Positions 1 through 9,785 of a DNA stretch of 64,000 nt are shown piece after piece. Within the stretch, counting starts at the first letter, position 1, and the number at the start of each line of letters is the position of its first letter. The translations under genes and the position numbers were made by a program. This DNA is from Candidatus Thorarchaeota archaeon (GTDB lineage: Archaea; Asgardarchaeota; Thorarchaeia; Thorarchaeales; Thorarchaeaceae): positions 32,742-96,741 of the forward strand of contig RDNZ01000007.1 of the NCBI GenBank assembly GCA_011364905.1, given 5' to 3'. The notes beneath the pieces are model-generated. The model ran no database searches, was not told the origin of the DNA, and saw nothing but the letters and a program-made list of their open reading frames with translations.

Positions 1-11
1 AGGAAAAAGCA

Positions 12-641
12 ATGAAATTAATCTATGACACAGCTCTGATTCCAATTATTCGTGTTGAGTCGGCGGATATTGCTTTCAAAGTGGCGGATGCATTTTTGCA
101 GGGAGGCGTTCCCATCATAGAAGTGACCATGAGCGTTCCAGGCGCTGTCGAGGTTGTGCAACAACTTGTAGAGAAGTTTGGTAATAAGGTCCTGATAGGT
201 TCAGGGACTGTTGTTAGCGGGAAAATGGCTGAGGAAGTCATCAAAGCTGGAAGTGAGTTCATTGTGAGCCCTAATTATTCTCGTGATTTGATTGAGACTG
301 CAATGAAACATGACAAGCCAATTATACCAGGAGCCCTCACGCCCACTGAGATCTATGATGCATACACAATGGGGGCAGATGCGGTCAAAGTATTCCCGTG
401 TGGTATGGTGGGGGGTGCGGATTATCTGAAAGCCATAAGAGGGCCACTGCCCCACATCCCGCTCGTCCCAACTGGTGGCGTAGAACTAGAAACTGCAGGG
501 TCCATGCTTGAGGCAGGAGCATATGCGCTTGGTGTTGGTGGAGCAATCACTGACAAAAAAGCCATCAAGGAAGGCCGGTATGAAGTAATTACTGAGAATG
601 TTAGTAAATTTCTTGAGATTGTAAAGGACTACAGGAGGTAA
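12..641 (+). CDS. eda: KDPG/KHG aldolase
   Basis: IIEVT, GSGTV, FIVSP, PGALTPTE, VKVFP (Schiff-base Lys) and LVPTGGV motifs. Confidence 0.92.
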   Translation: MKLIYDTALIPIIRVESADIAFKVADAFLQGGVPIIEVTMSVPGAVEVVQQLVEKFGNKVLIGSGTVVSGKMAEEVIKAGSEFIVSPNYSRDLIETAMKHDKPIIPGALTPTEIYDAYTMGADAVKVFPCGMVGGADYLKAIRGPLPHIPLVPTGGVELETAGSMLEAGAYALGVGGAITDKKAIKEGRYEVITENVSKFLEIVKDYRR

Positions 642-688
642 AATGCCGATTTAGGAAATCGAAAAGGTAGAAGGGAGAACAGATCAAG

Positions 689-961
689 ATGATTGAGGGA
701 TATTATAAAGAAAGACTGACTAAAGTGATTCAAAAGAAAACGTTTGGTCAGCTTGAGAGGTTTGCGCTAGACAGTGCTGGAAACACAAAGGTATACAAGC
801 TAAGAGAAGTATTGCAGACATTTGATCCGGTTCATCTAACCATGTACATGGTAGGTGTTTGTGGAAGAAAGATTAAGGTGAAACTCAATACTTTCGATTT
901 CCCTGATGGCGAACGTAGGGTAGGAATTGAGTTCATTGAGGTTCTTAAATGGGATGAATAG
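689..961 (+). CDS. hypothetical protein (90 aa)
   Basis: Fills the gap on the same strand; purine-rich upstream; protein-like composition; no recognised motif. Confidence 0.6.
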   Translation: MIEGYYKERLTKVIQKKTFGQLERFALDSAGNTKVYKLREVLQTFDPVHLTMYMVGVCGRKIKVKLNTFDFPDGERRVGIEFIEVLKWDE

Positions 962-1085
962 AGAATCCTCAGAACAGTAGCAGAGCAGCAAGATATACAG
1001 CCAGAACGATCAATCAATATGAACCTTTAAGAGATATAACTAAATCCAGCGCTAAATCTGTACATTCTCATAGGAGCACTTAGAG

Positions 1086-1412
1086 ATGACTCAGGACCTA
1101 CTAGAACTTATGCAAGAACGAATCACAATCGGATTAGAAAGAGAGAAGACCCATGAAGCGATACAAGGGTGGGAACGCACAGTCCAACTTACACTGAAGG
1201 AAGGACCACAGTACCACTTCATTGTCAAAGACAACAATATCACAGTTCACGAGGGACCTATCGATGATCCAGATATGAGGATCCAGAGTGATGAGGACAC
1301 GATTCGGAAACTGTTTCTTGAAGAGATGAGCGCAAGCTCAGCCATCTTTAAACGCAAGTTGAAAGTGAAAGGATCGACTTCTGATCTCATGAAGATAAGA
1401 CACATTTTCTAG
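1086..1412 (+). CDS. SCP2 sterol/lipid-binding domain protein
   Basis: EGPIDDPDMRI...AIFKRKLKVKGS matches the SCP2 pattern; AGGAG RBS upstream. Confidence 0.85.
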   Translation: MTQDLLELMQERITIGLEREKTHEAIQGWERTVQLTLKEGPQYHFIVKDNNITVHEGPIDDPDMRIQSDEDTIRKLFLEEMSASSAIFKRKLKVKGSTSDLMKIRHIF

Positions 1413-1430
1413 GTCATAGGGGGAAAGCGA

Positions 1431-2843
1431 GTGGCAATTGACAAGAAGATTGCAAAGGAATTTGAAAATGCAGTCGGGGCCGAATATGTATCAACAAGAC
1501 CTGATGTTCTACTAACATATTCACAGACTGCGTCCATGGCAGTCGAGCCTGTTATTCCATCTGCGGTTATTCGTCCAGCAAATGCGAAAGAGGTATCTCA
1601 GATACTAAAGTTGGCAAACAAGCATAGGATACCTGTGACTCCTCGGTCGGGAGGATCTAGTCTTCAAGGAGAAGCCATCCCAAAACCGGGAGGAATTGTT
1701 GTCGACCTTTTGAGACTGGGTGGCATCACTCTTTACGAAAATCTCCGTTCCGTAACAGTTGGAGCAGGGGTCACTTATGGAGAACTAGACAAATTTCTAG
1801 CTAAGCATGGTCTCTTCCTCCCAGTTTATCCAGAGTCTTCTTTGGTCTGTACTGTTGCGGGTAATGTGGCCGTGAATGGAGCGGGTGTTGGTTCTAGTCT
1901 ATATGGGTGCACTGGCGAGATGGTTCTCGGACTAGAAGTAGTTCTCCCTGATGGCACTATCATACAGACCGGTTCGGAAGCAAATCCAAATTCGCCAGGG
2001 CCATTCATCCGATATGCCTTTGGTCCAGATCTGACAGGTTTGTTCATTGGCTCACTTGGTAGTTTTGGAATTATTACAAAGGTATCAGTGAAGACATTCA
2101 AACGGATGAAGTACTTTGACTATAACATGTACGGATTTGATACTGTTGAACTTGCGGAGCAGTTCCTCATTGAAATTAAACAGAACGACATCAACGGTCT
2201 CTTCACCTCTATCTACTCAGGAGAAGTCCTTGACTTATTCATGGACATGCTCTCGGAGGAACTTGGGTTCCCACCATTTGAGCATGCAGAGCGCACTGTA
2301 TCAATGACAATAGGTCGCGTACGTGAAGACATGCTAGAGAGTGACGCTAAACTTGCACGCGAGATATGTGAGAGATTGGGAGGGAGAGTACTGAATGTCC
2401 GAGAAATGCCACAGCAAGAATGGGAGGGGCGCTTTTGGAACTTCGTTCGAGCCTCGTACATACACGGATGGCATTGGAGGACACTTTACCATCATCAGAC
2501 TCCAACGAACTCGCACAAATCAGTAGACATCATAATGGATGCAATGGACAAATACAGGTTTCTTGGTCATACAGCTGGCTTTCAATCAGGACATAGCAGT
2601 ATGAACCTCTATCCTCACCTCTACTTCGACCCGCAAGACAAAGATGAAGAAGAAAAGGTTGTAAAGGCCCACCAAGAAATAGCGAAAGCCTTGTTCAAAT
2701 CGGGAGCAGTTCCCTTCAAGCTTGCTGAGTTTTGGAAGGATGCGATTGAGGACATGGATGAGTACATGGACTTTCTCAAACATATAAAGAACTCAATTGA
2801 CCCGAACAACATAATGAATCCGGGAGTGCTTGGAGGGATCTAA
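1431..2843 (+). CDS. FAD-binding oxidoreductase (GlcD/D-lactate dehydrogenase-like, FAD_binding_4 + FAD-oxidase_C)
   Basis: PVTPRSGGSSLQG, TVAGNVAVNGAG, FIGSLGSFGIIT, C-terminal DPNNIMNPG. Confidence 0.88.
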   Translation: MAIDKKIAKEFENAVGAEYVSTRPDVLLTYSQTASMAVEPVIPSAVIRPANAKEVSQILKLANKHRIPVTPRSGGSSLQGEAIPKPGGIVVDLLRLGGITLYENLRSVTVGAGVTYGELDKFLAKHGLFLPVYPESSLVCTVAGNVAVNGAGVGSSLYGCTGEMVLGLEVVLPDGTIIQTGSEANPNSPGPFIRYAFGPDLTGLFIGSLGSFGIITKVSVKTFKRMKYFDYNMYGFDTVELAEQFLIEIKQNDINGLFTSIYSGEVLDLFMDMLSEELGFPPFEHAERTVSMTIGRVREDMLESDAKLAREICERLGGRVLNVREMPQQEWEGRFWNFVRASYIHGWHWRTLYHHQTPTNSHKSVDIIMDAMDKYRFLGHTAGFQSGHSSMNLYPHLYFDPQDKDEEEKVVKAHQEIAKALFKSGAVPFKLAEFWKDAIEDMDEYMDFLKHIKNSIDPNNIMNPGVLGGI

Positions 2844-2846
2844 TCA

Positions 2847-4007
2847 ATGGCAGAGATAGATCTTGACGAACTCATAGAGAACTTACTTCAATGTCGTAGG
2901 TGCGGCATCTGCCGCAATGCGGTCTATGAGGAAAGAGGATTTGATGGAGTTTGTCCGGTCTGGAAGAACTCCCCTGGGTTTGAAACCAGTTTTATGCGTG
3001 GCCGGATTCAGGTTGCTTTAGCACTCTTGGAAGGAGTTCTTGAAAAGACTCCAGAGAATTCTGAAGCGCTTTTTTCATGTACCCTCTGTGGAAACTGCAC
3101 CGAAATCTGTGCCGCAGAGTTCAATCCTGCGGATTGCCTTGAGGAAGTCAGAGCAGTCCTGAATGATATTCCTAATGATGTTCGTGATGCAATAGCAGAG
3201 AAGATAATCCAGTTTGATAACCCCTATGAGAAAAACAGGAGTCTTAAACGCGAGTGGATTAAGGAGGTAGGTTTTGAGATTCCAACCTCTGGTGAAGTCC
3301 TCTACTTCACTGGATGTACTGCAGGGATGAAGCTTCCAACTGTCGTCATATCGGCAGCAAGAATACTCAAAGCCGCAAATATTGAGTTCGCGGTCCTTGA
3401 AGAGGAACCATGCTGCGGTAGCGTCATGTTGCGAACAGGAAAAACAGATGAGGCCCGTCTTAATGCACAGAGGGTAGTAAGCGCAATTCAAAAGTCTGGA
3501 GCGAAAAAAGTCATTGTTACTTGCGCAGGATGTTTAAAGACCCTTCGAGAGGATTTTCCGAAGTTGGGACTCGAGATTCCCGAAGTCCTGCACATAACCG
3601 AGATCTTACAGGAAACTGCGGCGTGTAAGAAGCTGAAGCTCAAACCGGTGACAAAAAGACTCAAGGTGACATATCACGATCCCTGTCACCTATCTAGAGC
3701 TATGGGAGTTTATGATGCGCCAAGAGAAGTAATCATGTCAATACCCAACATTGAGTTTGTCGAAATGGAAACAAGTAGAGAAACTGCAATGTGCTGCGGA
3801 GCTGGAGGGGGTCTTCGTTCATATGATCCTGAGCTTGCAAAGAAGATTGCCGCAGACAGAGTGATGAGTGCTCATGAAGTTGGGGCGGAGATAATAGCTA
3901 CTGCGTGTCCGTTCTGCGAGAGCAATCTAAGGTTGGGAGCTGAGCAAATAAACAGCTCAATTCGGGTTGCAGATATTGTGGACTTAATAGCTGAGCGCCT
4001 GATGTAA
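2847..4007 (+). CDS. Fe-S oxidoreductase (GlcF/HdrD-like): 2x[4Fe-4S] plus two CCG domains
   Basis: CRRCGIC, CTLCGNC..C, YFTGC, CCG, CAGC, YHDPCH, CCGAGGG, ACPFC. Confidence 0.9.
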   Translation: MAEIDLDELIENLLQCRRCGICRNAVYEERGFDGVCPVWKNSPGFETSFMRGRIQVALALLEGVLEKTPENSEALFSCTLCGNCTEICAAEFNPADCLEEVRAVLNDIPNDVRDAIAEKIIQFDNPYEKNRSLKREWIKEVGFEIPTSGEVLYFTGCTAGMKLPTVVISAARILKAANIEFAVLEEEPCCGSVMLRTGKTDEARLNAQRVVSAIQKSGAKKVIVTCAGCLKTLREDFPKLGLEIPEVLHITEILQETAACKKLKLKPVTKRLKVTYHDPCHLSRAMGVYDAPREVIMSIPNIEFVEMETSRETAMCCGAGGGLRSYDPELAKKIAADRVMSAHEVGAEIIATACPFCESNLRLGAEQINSSIRVADIVDLIAERLM

Positions 4008-4019
4008 AAAACAACAAAG

Positions 4020-4047
4020 GGCAGGCATCACCTTAGTAACGCCTGCC
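4020..4047. terminator. hairpin between convergent genes
   Basis: GGCAGGC...GCCTGCC inverted repeat between the stops at 4007 and 4073. Confidence 0.45.
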
Positions 4048-4072
4048 GCATCAATAGTAGTGCGAATCTGTT

Positions 4073-4570
4073 TCAATAGCCTCTGCTTCGGTCGCGATAT
4101 CCACCGCCACCGCGACGATCTCGGTCCCCATATCCACGGCCTCGGCCATATCCCCGACCGCCACCGCCACCGCCACCGCCATAGCGTGGACGTTGTTCGT
4201 GCTCTTCCGCACTCATGTCAACTTCATTGTTGACCTCTTCGATGGCTTCCTCAGCGTCCTTGAGGGTACCGTAACGTCCGATGTTGAGTCTAAGATGACC
4301 CTGAAAGAGAGTCGTGTATCCATTCTCGAGCCGGTAGGTCTTCTCATCTTCTATCTCATCGATTGAAGCATCCCATAATGGAACTGTCACAAGACCAGTA
4401 CTGTCTCCAACAACCGTATCGCAGACACGGTGGTTTTCTCCATCAGCCCTGGATGTCACTTCCCTGACTTCTCCTTTCTCAATCACCTTGAATGAGATAT
4501 TCACACTCTTCATTCTTGGTTTAAGTTCTGAAATTTGAGCCTCAATTGGCTCTCTCTCTTGATATCCCAT
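4073..4570 (-). CDS. ssb: single-OB-fold ssDNA-binding protein (Sulfolobus-SSB-like) with Gly/Arg-rich tail
   Basis: ISELKP, VGDSTG, LWD, ENGYTTLFQGHLRLNIGRYG; RGG/RGY tail. Confidence 0.9.
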   Translation of the reverse strand: MGYQEREPIEAQISELKPRMKSVNISFKVIEKGEVREVTSRADGENHRVCDTVVGDSTGLVTVPLWDASIDEIEDEKTYRLENGYTTLFQGHLRLNIGRYGTLKDAEEAIEEVNNEVDMSAEEHEQRPRYGGGGGGGGRGYGRGRGYGDRDRRGGGGYRDRSRGY

Positions 4571-4745
4571 GGTCTATCACCTTGGATTTGCAGGCTTTCA
4601 AAAGTAGAATCTTCCTCAGGGATCGCAAAGCTGTGCCTGGAACTCTGGAGCTTGTGATTCAACTAATCTTTGAGGGCACTGCTACTCTATCGGGATATCT
4701 AATTCCCTTTAAACTCTTGTCTAATATCTGGAAAGTCCAAAATGA

Positions 4746-4994
4746 GGTGGACGATTGTAGACACCCAGACTTGGTGCCCGATTTTGCGGGCTCGAGGTCC
4801 ACCCTCTTTTGTTATTTTGAACATGAGTGGCGCTCCAATGCACACATTGTCAAGACACCTCTCTGAACCCTCGGGGGTGAGAGCACGAATTTCCCTGCAG
4901 ATGGATAATTCGTATACGCCTACGCAATGCGGTCGCATCGTTTCCACGACTATCGACGATGCGTGGAGCAATGGGGCATCCGACCAATCGTCCA
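4746..4994. ncRNA. candidate structured non-coding RNA (unassigned)
   Basis: Several helices, including TGGACGATTG(4748-57)/CAATCGTCCA(4985-94), GGTGGAC/GTCCACC, GCCCG/CGGGC, ACGAATT/AATTCGT, GCATCGT/ACGATGC, GCTCCA/TGGAGC; overlapping ORFs are not protein-like. Confidence 0.4.
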
Positions 4995-5125
4995 AGATAT
5001 TGTATGCAACATACCAACATAAGTCCTTCCCCAATGTTCAAAAATCATTCAACTATTCTATACTCATAGAATAACTTATAAGAAATCAACAGGACTTGGC
5101 TATAATAGAGCCAAAGGTGACGTAT

Positions 5126-6193
5126 TTGAACGGAATAAAGGTCGCGATAGTTGGAGTTGGCAACTGTGCGAGTGCACTTGTTCAGGGTGTTGAATTCTAT
5201 AAGAGTGCAAAGACTGAAGATGAACTGATTGGATTAAACCATCTTGATTTTGCAGGATATCATGTGAAGGATATTCAGTTCGTGGCAGCCTTTGATGTTA
5301 CAGACACCAAAGTTGGCTTTGATCTTGCAGAAGCCATCTTTGCCGAACCAAACAATGTGATGCGGTTTGCAAAAGTTCCAACGACTGGAGTCAAGGTGTT
5401 GAAAGGTCCTGAGCTTGATGGTGTAGACGACATGCTAAGAGGGATCGTGAAAGTTGCATCTGGGGATGAAGCTGATGTAGTCAAGGTCCTCAAGGATTCA
5501 GGTGCTGAAATGCTCATCAACTTGATACCTGGCTCAGCTGAACAGGCCACGAAGTTCTATGCCAATGCCGCACTGGAGGCGGGCTGTGCATACATTAATG
5601 GCACGCCAATTCCAATTGCATCGGATCTAGAATGGAGTAAGAAGTTTGAGGAGAAAGGATTGCCTCTAGTTGGCGATGACATTCAGGACCAGCTCGGTTC
5701 TACTGTGTTTCATCGAAACATACTACAACTCTTAGTATCACGAGGAGTCAAAGTTGACAAAAGCTATCAACTAGATGTTGGAGGCGGCGCTGAGTCTTTA
5801 GACTCGCATTATCGAGGTAGGATGAGAAAGAGAGGCGTAAAAAGTGAGGCAATTAGTCAAGACTTGCCCTATGATGCGCCATTGGTTGCTGGATCAAGCG
5901 ACTACATTCCTTTTATGGATAATGCGCGAGACTCGTATTTCTACATCAACGGACGACAGTTTGGAGGAGCTCCAATCAAGATTGACATCAGAATGGAGGT
6001 CACGGATGGACCAAATGCTGGCCCAATACTCATGGATGCAATCAGGGGAACAAAGCTTGCTCTGAAAAGAGGTCTTGCGGGGTCTCTAGAGTCAATCTCA
6101 GCTTATGGTTTTAAGATGCCACCGACCCCTACGACAATGTATAGAGCTGAGAGATGGGTTGAAGAGTTCTTATTGGGTAAGAAAAGAAACTAG
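5126..6193 (+). CDS. ino1: myo-inositol-1-phosphate synthase
   Basis: AIVGVGNCASALVQG, FVAAFDV, VGDDIQDQLGST; TTG start after AGGTGA chosen over the track start at 5096. Confidence 0.92.
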   Translation: MNGIKVAIVGVGNCASALVQGVEFYKSAKTEDELIGLNHLDFAGYHVKDIQFVAAFDVTDTKVGFDLAEAIFAEPNNVMRFAKVPTTGVKVLKGPELDGVDDMLRGIVKVASGDEADVVKVLKDSGAEMLINLIPGSAEQATKFYANAALEAGCAYINGTPIPIASDLEWSKKFEEKGLPLVGDDIQDQLGSTVFHRNILQLLVSRGVKVDKSYQLDVGGGAESLDSHYRGRMRKRGVKSEAISQDLPYDAPLVAGSSDYIPFMDNARDSYFYINGRQFGGAPIKIDIRMEVTDGPNAGPILMDAIRGTKLALKRGLAGSLESISAYGFKMPPTPTTMYRAERWVEEFLLGKKRN

Positions 6194-6261
6194 CTGAGAA
6201 TAAACAGCTAGGGAATGAAGCAAGTCTTCAAACGAGCTATTCTTCATACTCCGTCGATTCA

Positions 6262-7854
6262 TCAAAGAAATGTCGTGTATAGACCACCCTGTATAACATC
6301 ATCGGGAAGGCTCGATGAGAATAGTATGAGGTTATCTATTAGCCTGCTTCTCTCAGACGGCATCACTACGTAAAACGACACCGTACTGGCATGTGCAACT
6401 ATATTGTGGTGAATGGTCCAGTTGCCAACCTGCTCCCAATCATCAGGGATGTACTTATCCGCATACACTATTGCTATTTTGACACCTCGCTCTGTAGCAA
6501 TGTTCTGCAACATAGTCGCACTCATTGATCCATTGAGTAGCGCTTCTCCTATTTCAAGAGTACCAATTCCCCATTTGTCAACACACACAATGTCTGAGAG
6601 ATAATTCACACAACCAATATCATTGACCATAATAGTTTCACCCGTATAGAAGTTATTGAGAAAGAGGCCCATCTGATATTGTTGTTCATAGATGTTGTTA
6701 GAAGCAAGAGGGGTCCAAACGACAGCTAGAACGCCTCGTCCCGCCAGGGGTGCTACGAACAGAATGACAAAAGCGAATCCATACAGGCGTTTCTTTTCCA
6801 GAGATCTTCCTTTCAATGACATCCAGAGAGATGACAAATCTAAGTTGGAGATGAACTGATGGCCTTGAATTGAAATGGCGATGACTCCAATCGCGACTAG
6901 ATAGGCCTCATACCTGAAGAACCATCCAACTCGACCCAGCAGAACATGTAACAGAAGGGTTGGAACGAATATCAGTTTTAATACATTGTTAATGTGCCAG
7001 AAGCCATATTCTCTAGCGCTTGTCAACTTGACAGAGGCGAGTAGGAGTGCAACCAAGTGAGGCGATACTAATAAAGAGCCAAAACCGCGAACGAAAAAGA
7101 AGGAAACGCCTTCATCCATTGCGTTGACACTCTTCACAAGCAGCGAGTTCGAAATAAGCAGCCAACCATTTTGTGCTGACACGATACCGTATGCAATCCA
7201 CGGAAGTGCAGCCATAATCAGAACCGCCAAAGCATAGACCCATTTTCTCCGCAGCGCAAAAAGACAGACTACCGGCAAAGCTAGAAAAACTGTTTCAATA
7301 CGAAATGCAGAAGCGAAAAAGGTGGCAATCAACATGAGGAGTAATTGACTCCTGGTGCTGGCTTCTCCAAGCGAAAGAATCCTCGCAGCGAGAACAAAAA
7401 GGACAATGGAGAAAACAACATGAAACGTGTGCTCCATCCCTGTGAAGACAAGACCAGGCAGTGAGGTAAAAAAGATGAACGATATCAGAACAACAGTGAG
7501 GTATCTCGAGTTCATTTCCGTGTCTTTTAGCAAAACATAGAGTATCACCACAGCAATCGAGGCAGCAAAGACATTGAGAACAAGTGGGACCAAGTCAGAA
7601 ACTCCAGTCAGAATAAAAACTGCAGAGATCATCAAATTCCAAATTGGCGATGAAGAGCTTGAGCTGAATCCGTATCGAGTCACGCCAAAAATCGAGTATT
7701 CGGTCAGATTCTTGGATATCGCAAGATGAATGTAGGCGTCGTCAAGTGTATATACCATCAAACCTGAATTGATAATCAAGATTGAGACATACATTACGGC
7801 AAGCGATATCCAGAGGCAGGCAAGTGCTATTATCACCGGAAGATGTTTCGCCAT
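6262..7854 (-). CDS. multi-pass membrane glycosyltransferase-like protein (GT-C type)
   Basis: DDAYIH in the first loop, SSSPIW, GME, RYEAY, many TM helices; start moved from 7947 to MAKHL. Confidence 0.7.
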   Translation of the reverse strand: MAKHLPVIIALACLWISLAVMYVSILIINSGLMVYTLDDAYIHLAISKNLTEYSIFGVTRYGFSSSSSSPIWNLMISAVFILTGVSDLVPLVLNVFAASIAVVILYVLLKDTEMNSRYLTVVLISFIFFTSLPGLVFTGMEHTFHVVFSIVLFVLAARILSLGEASTRSQLLLMLIATFFASAFRIETVFLALPVVCLFALRRKWVYALAVLIMAALPWIAYGIVSAQNGWLLISNSLLVKSVNAMDEGVSFFFVRGFGSLLVSPHLVALLLASVKLTSAREYGFWHINNVLKLIFVPTLLLHVLLGRVGWFFRYEAYLVAIGVIAISIQGHQFISNLDLSSLWMSLKGRSLEKKRLYGFAFVILFVAPLAGRGVLAVVWTPLASNNIYEQQYQMGLFLNNFYTGETIMVNDIGCVNYLSDIVCVDKWGIGTLEIGEALLNGSMSATMLQNIATERGVKIAIVYADKYIPDDWEQVGNWTIHHNIVAHASTVSFYVVMPSERSRLIDNLILFSSSLPDDVIQGGLYTTFL

Positions 7855-8089
7855 CCATTTTTCCACCTTTAACGCCTTCCTGCCAAGCTCAAAACTGAAG
7901 CGCGCATGAAATATCCAGTCAGCTCCTGCCGAATCGGATTTGAACACGGTTTTATTTCTTTTGCAATATATATGACATCCAATCTTGACCTTTACAGAAT
8001 CCCCTTGTATTTTACAGCTCCACTGTTACAAAATTGGAGAGCCGCAATACGGTGAGAATCACTCGTGGGGATTAGCAAACTCTTTAGAA

Positions 8090-8521
8090 CTAACTATGGG
8101 CTTTAAGATACTCATCAAGCATTGCCTTTAGCATGTCGAGCTTGCTAATGACTAGAAATTCAGTTTCCTCACCGATCTCGCTAAGAGTCTCATTAAATGA
8201 GATTACACTGTGAAACTCCTGAAGAAGATTCTCCTTGACAGCATTTGACCGAGCTGCAGGATCGAAGACAACAATCTTGTTTTCAGGTTCGAAGTTCACT
8301 ACTATGCTTCTTTTGAGGTACATTACTTTTTTGCATTTAGGGCATTGAACACGATTTGCTTTACCAGTTCTTAGAGGCTTAATCATATCCCGGTCTTCAT
8401 ACAAATCAATGTGGTCTACTACTTGAGTCTCATAGACCCTTTTGCATTTTGAGCACTTCACTTCTGTTGAACTCTTACTGACCAAAATTGTCACCCAGAC
8501 ATTGTTTGAAAGTTGAGGCAT
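8090..8521 (-). CDS. CpXC-domain zinc-binding protein
   Basis: CSKC...NRVQCPKC spacing typical of CpXC. Confidence 0.7.
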   Translation of the reverse strand: MPQLSNNVWVTILVSKSSTEVKCSKCKRVYETQVVDHIDLYEDRDMIKPLRTGKANRVQCPKCKKVMYLKRSIVVNFEPENKIVVFDPAARSNAVKENLLQEFHSVISFNETLSEIGEETEFLVISKLDMLKAMLDEYLKAHS

Positions 8522-8539
8522 CCACTTAAGAATTCCGCA

Positions 8540-9193
8540 CTAATCATCTGCCTTTGTATTTGTATCTAGCACCTCATCGTCTATGATGTCTTGAAGCATA
8601 TCAGATTCAGCCCCTTCAGTTTTTCTCTTAAACAAGATACCAGTGATAATTGCAGTTAGTGCGATTGATGCAACCACAATTGGTGTCGACTCGAAAAACC
8701 CACCTCCAAATGAAAGACCAAGAAGGGCAATCAGAGCACCGGCAATTGTCACAGCGACTTTGCCTGTGAAATAGCTGAGGATAAACTTGGTAGTATTATA
8801 TTTGGTGAGCCCTACGTATACTATAAGGGGATCATCAGGAATGGGAGAAGCTGCAGCAATAAAGAGCGCAATCGCACCCCATTTCTCAACACGACGTTTC
8901 TCAGAATCTAATGATTTCAGCCGTTCTGGTGACAGGATTGCTCGCGAACCTCGCACCACATAGAAATGAATCAGTTTGGCAAGCGTAGCTGTTACTGCGA
9001 CAATAATTCCGATGAGAATTGCTTCTACTATCCCAACAGGTCCTATAATTGATAGAATCAGAACAGCAGCAAAGGCCAAGACCATGTTACTCGGGCTGAG
9101 AAAAGGAATCATGTTGATTGCAAAACAGATGATGAAGAGACCTACATAGCCTTGACTTATCATATCAGTTATGAATTGGGAGATGTTCTGCAT
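8540..9193 (-). CDS. DedA/VTT-family membrane protein
   Basis: Hydrophobic; AASPIPDD motif; FILSYFTGK. Confidence 0.8.
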   Translation of the reverse strand: MQNISQFITDMISQGYVGLFIICFAINMIPFLSPSNMVLAFAAVLILSIIGPVGIVEAILIGIIVAVTATLAKLIHFYVVRGSRAILSPERLKSLDSEKRRVEKWGAIALFIAAASPIPDDPLIVYVGLTKYNTTKFILSYFTGKVAVTIAGALIALLGLSFGGGFFESTPIVVASIALTAIITGILFKRKTEGAESDMLQDIIDDEVLDTNTKADD

Positions 9194-9234
9194 CTCAAAA
9201 ACACCAATGCTGTGAACTACTGATCCTTTATGGA

Positions 9235-9657
9235 CTATTCCGACACCCGTTCAACAACGACTCTCTGAACTCCATCAAGAACCTTGAGTGAATTCTCCAA
9301 ATCTGCCAAGTCTGAACTGAGTTGTCCGGGGTTGAAATAGCACTCATAGAAGCATCTTGTTCCTCGGAGACACACACCTGTTGAAAATAAAAGATCAACA
9401 AGACCTGCTTTCTTGAAAATCTGGGACAGTTTGGTCAAGAAATCATTTGTGAGTTTTCCTATCTCGAGACTGAGGAACAAAACTTCATCACTCTCGAGCG
9501 GGAATATCTTAATGAGCCGGTCCTTGTGCACTAGCACCATTAATCCTTGAGAGGTCCCCATAGCGCTCTTAAACGCAGATGGAAATTTCACAGTTTCACT
9601 ATCATCAAAAACTAATACTTTTCCGGCGGTTGCACCTTCATAGGCTTCGTCTGACAT
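9235..9657 (-). CDS. hypothetical protein, AbrB-like N-terminus plus ACT-like C-terminus
   Basis: TVKFPSAFKSAMG followed by a beta-alpha-beta ACT-like pattern ending LKVLDGVQRVVV; start at MSDEA. Confidence 0.55.
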   Translation of the reverse strand: MSDEAYEGATAGKVLVFDDSETVKFPSAFKSAMGTSQGLMVLVHKDRLIKIFPLESDEVLFLSLEIGKLTNDFLTKLSQIFKKAGLVDLLFSTGVCLRGTRCFYECYFNPGQLSSDLADLENSLKVLDGVQRVVVERVSE

Positions 9658-9785
9658 CAGTTTTGGTCTCCGTAACGAAATCCTGCTGATGTATCTCCCC
9701 AAACTCGAATATAAGTGAATCTCTACTGTTTGGTCGGATATGTGCTCCTTTTGTAGGTGTCATTCATACATTACTCTGATATACT

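Noticed and set aside
4930-4965. SRP RNA helix 8 (minus-strand UCGU-GGAA-ACGA)
   Set aside because: The flanking CAGG/AGCA internal-loop consensus is absent.
4546-5074. Track ORFs 4546-4866, 4699-5034, 4742-5074 and 4850-5041 as genes
   Set aside because: Mutually overlapping, no motifs, atypical composition; none can be supported.
4729-5105. RNase P RNA (GGAAAGTCC at ~4730, GGAGCAA at ~4965, ACAGGACTTGGCTA at ~5089)
   Set aside because: P4 pairing is incomplete, other conserved regions are missing or out of order, and the 3' match overlaps the ino1 promoter region. Left as an unassigned structure.
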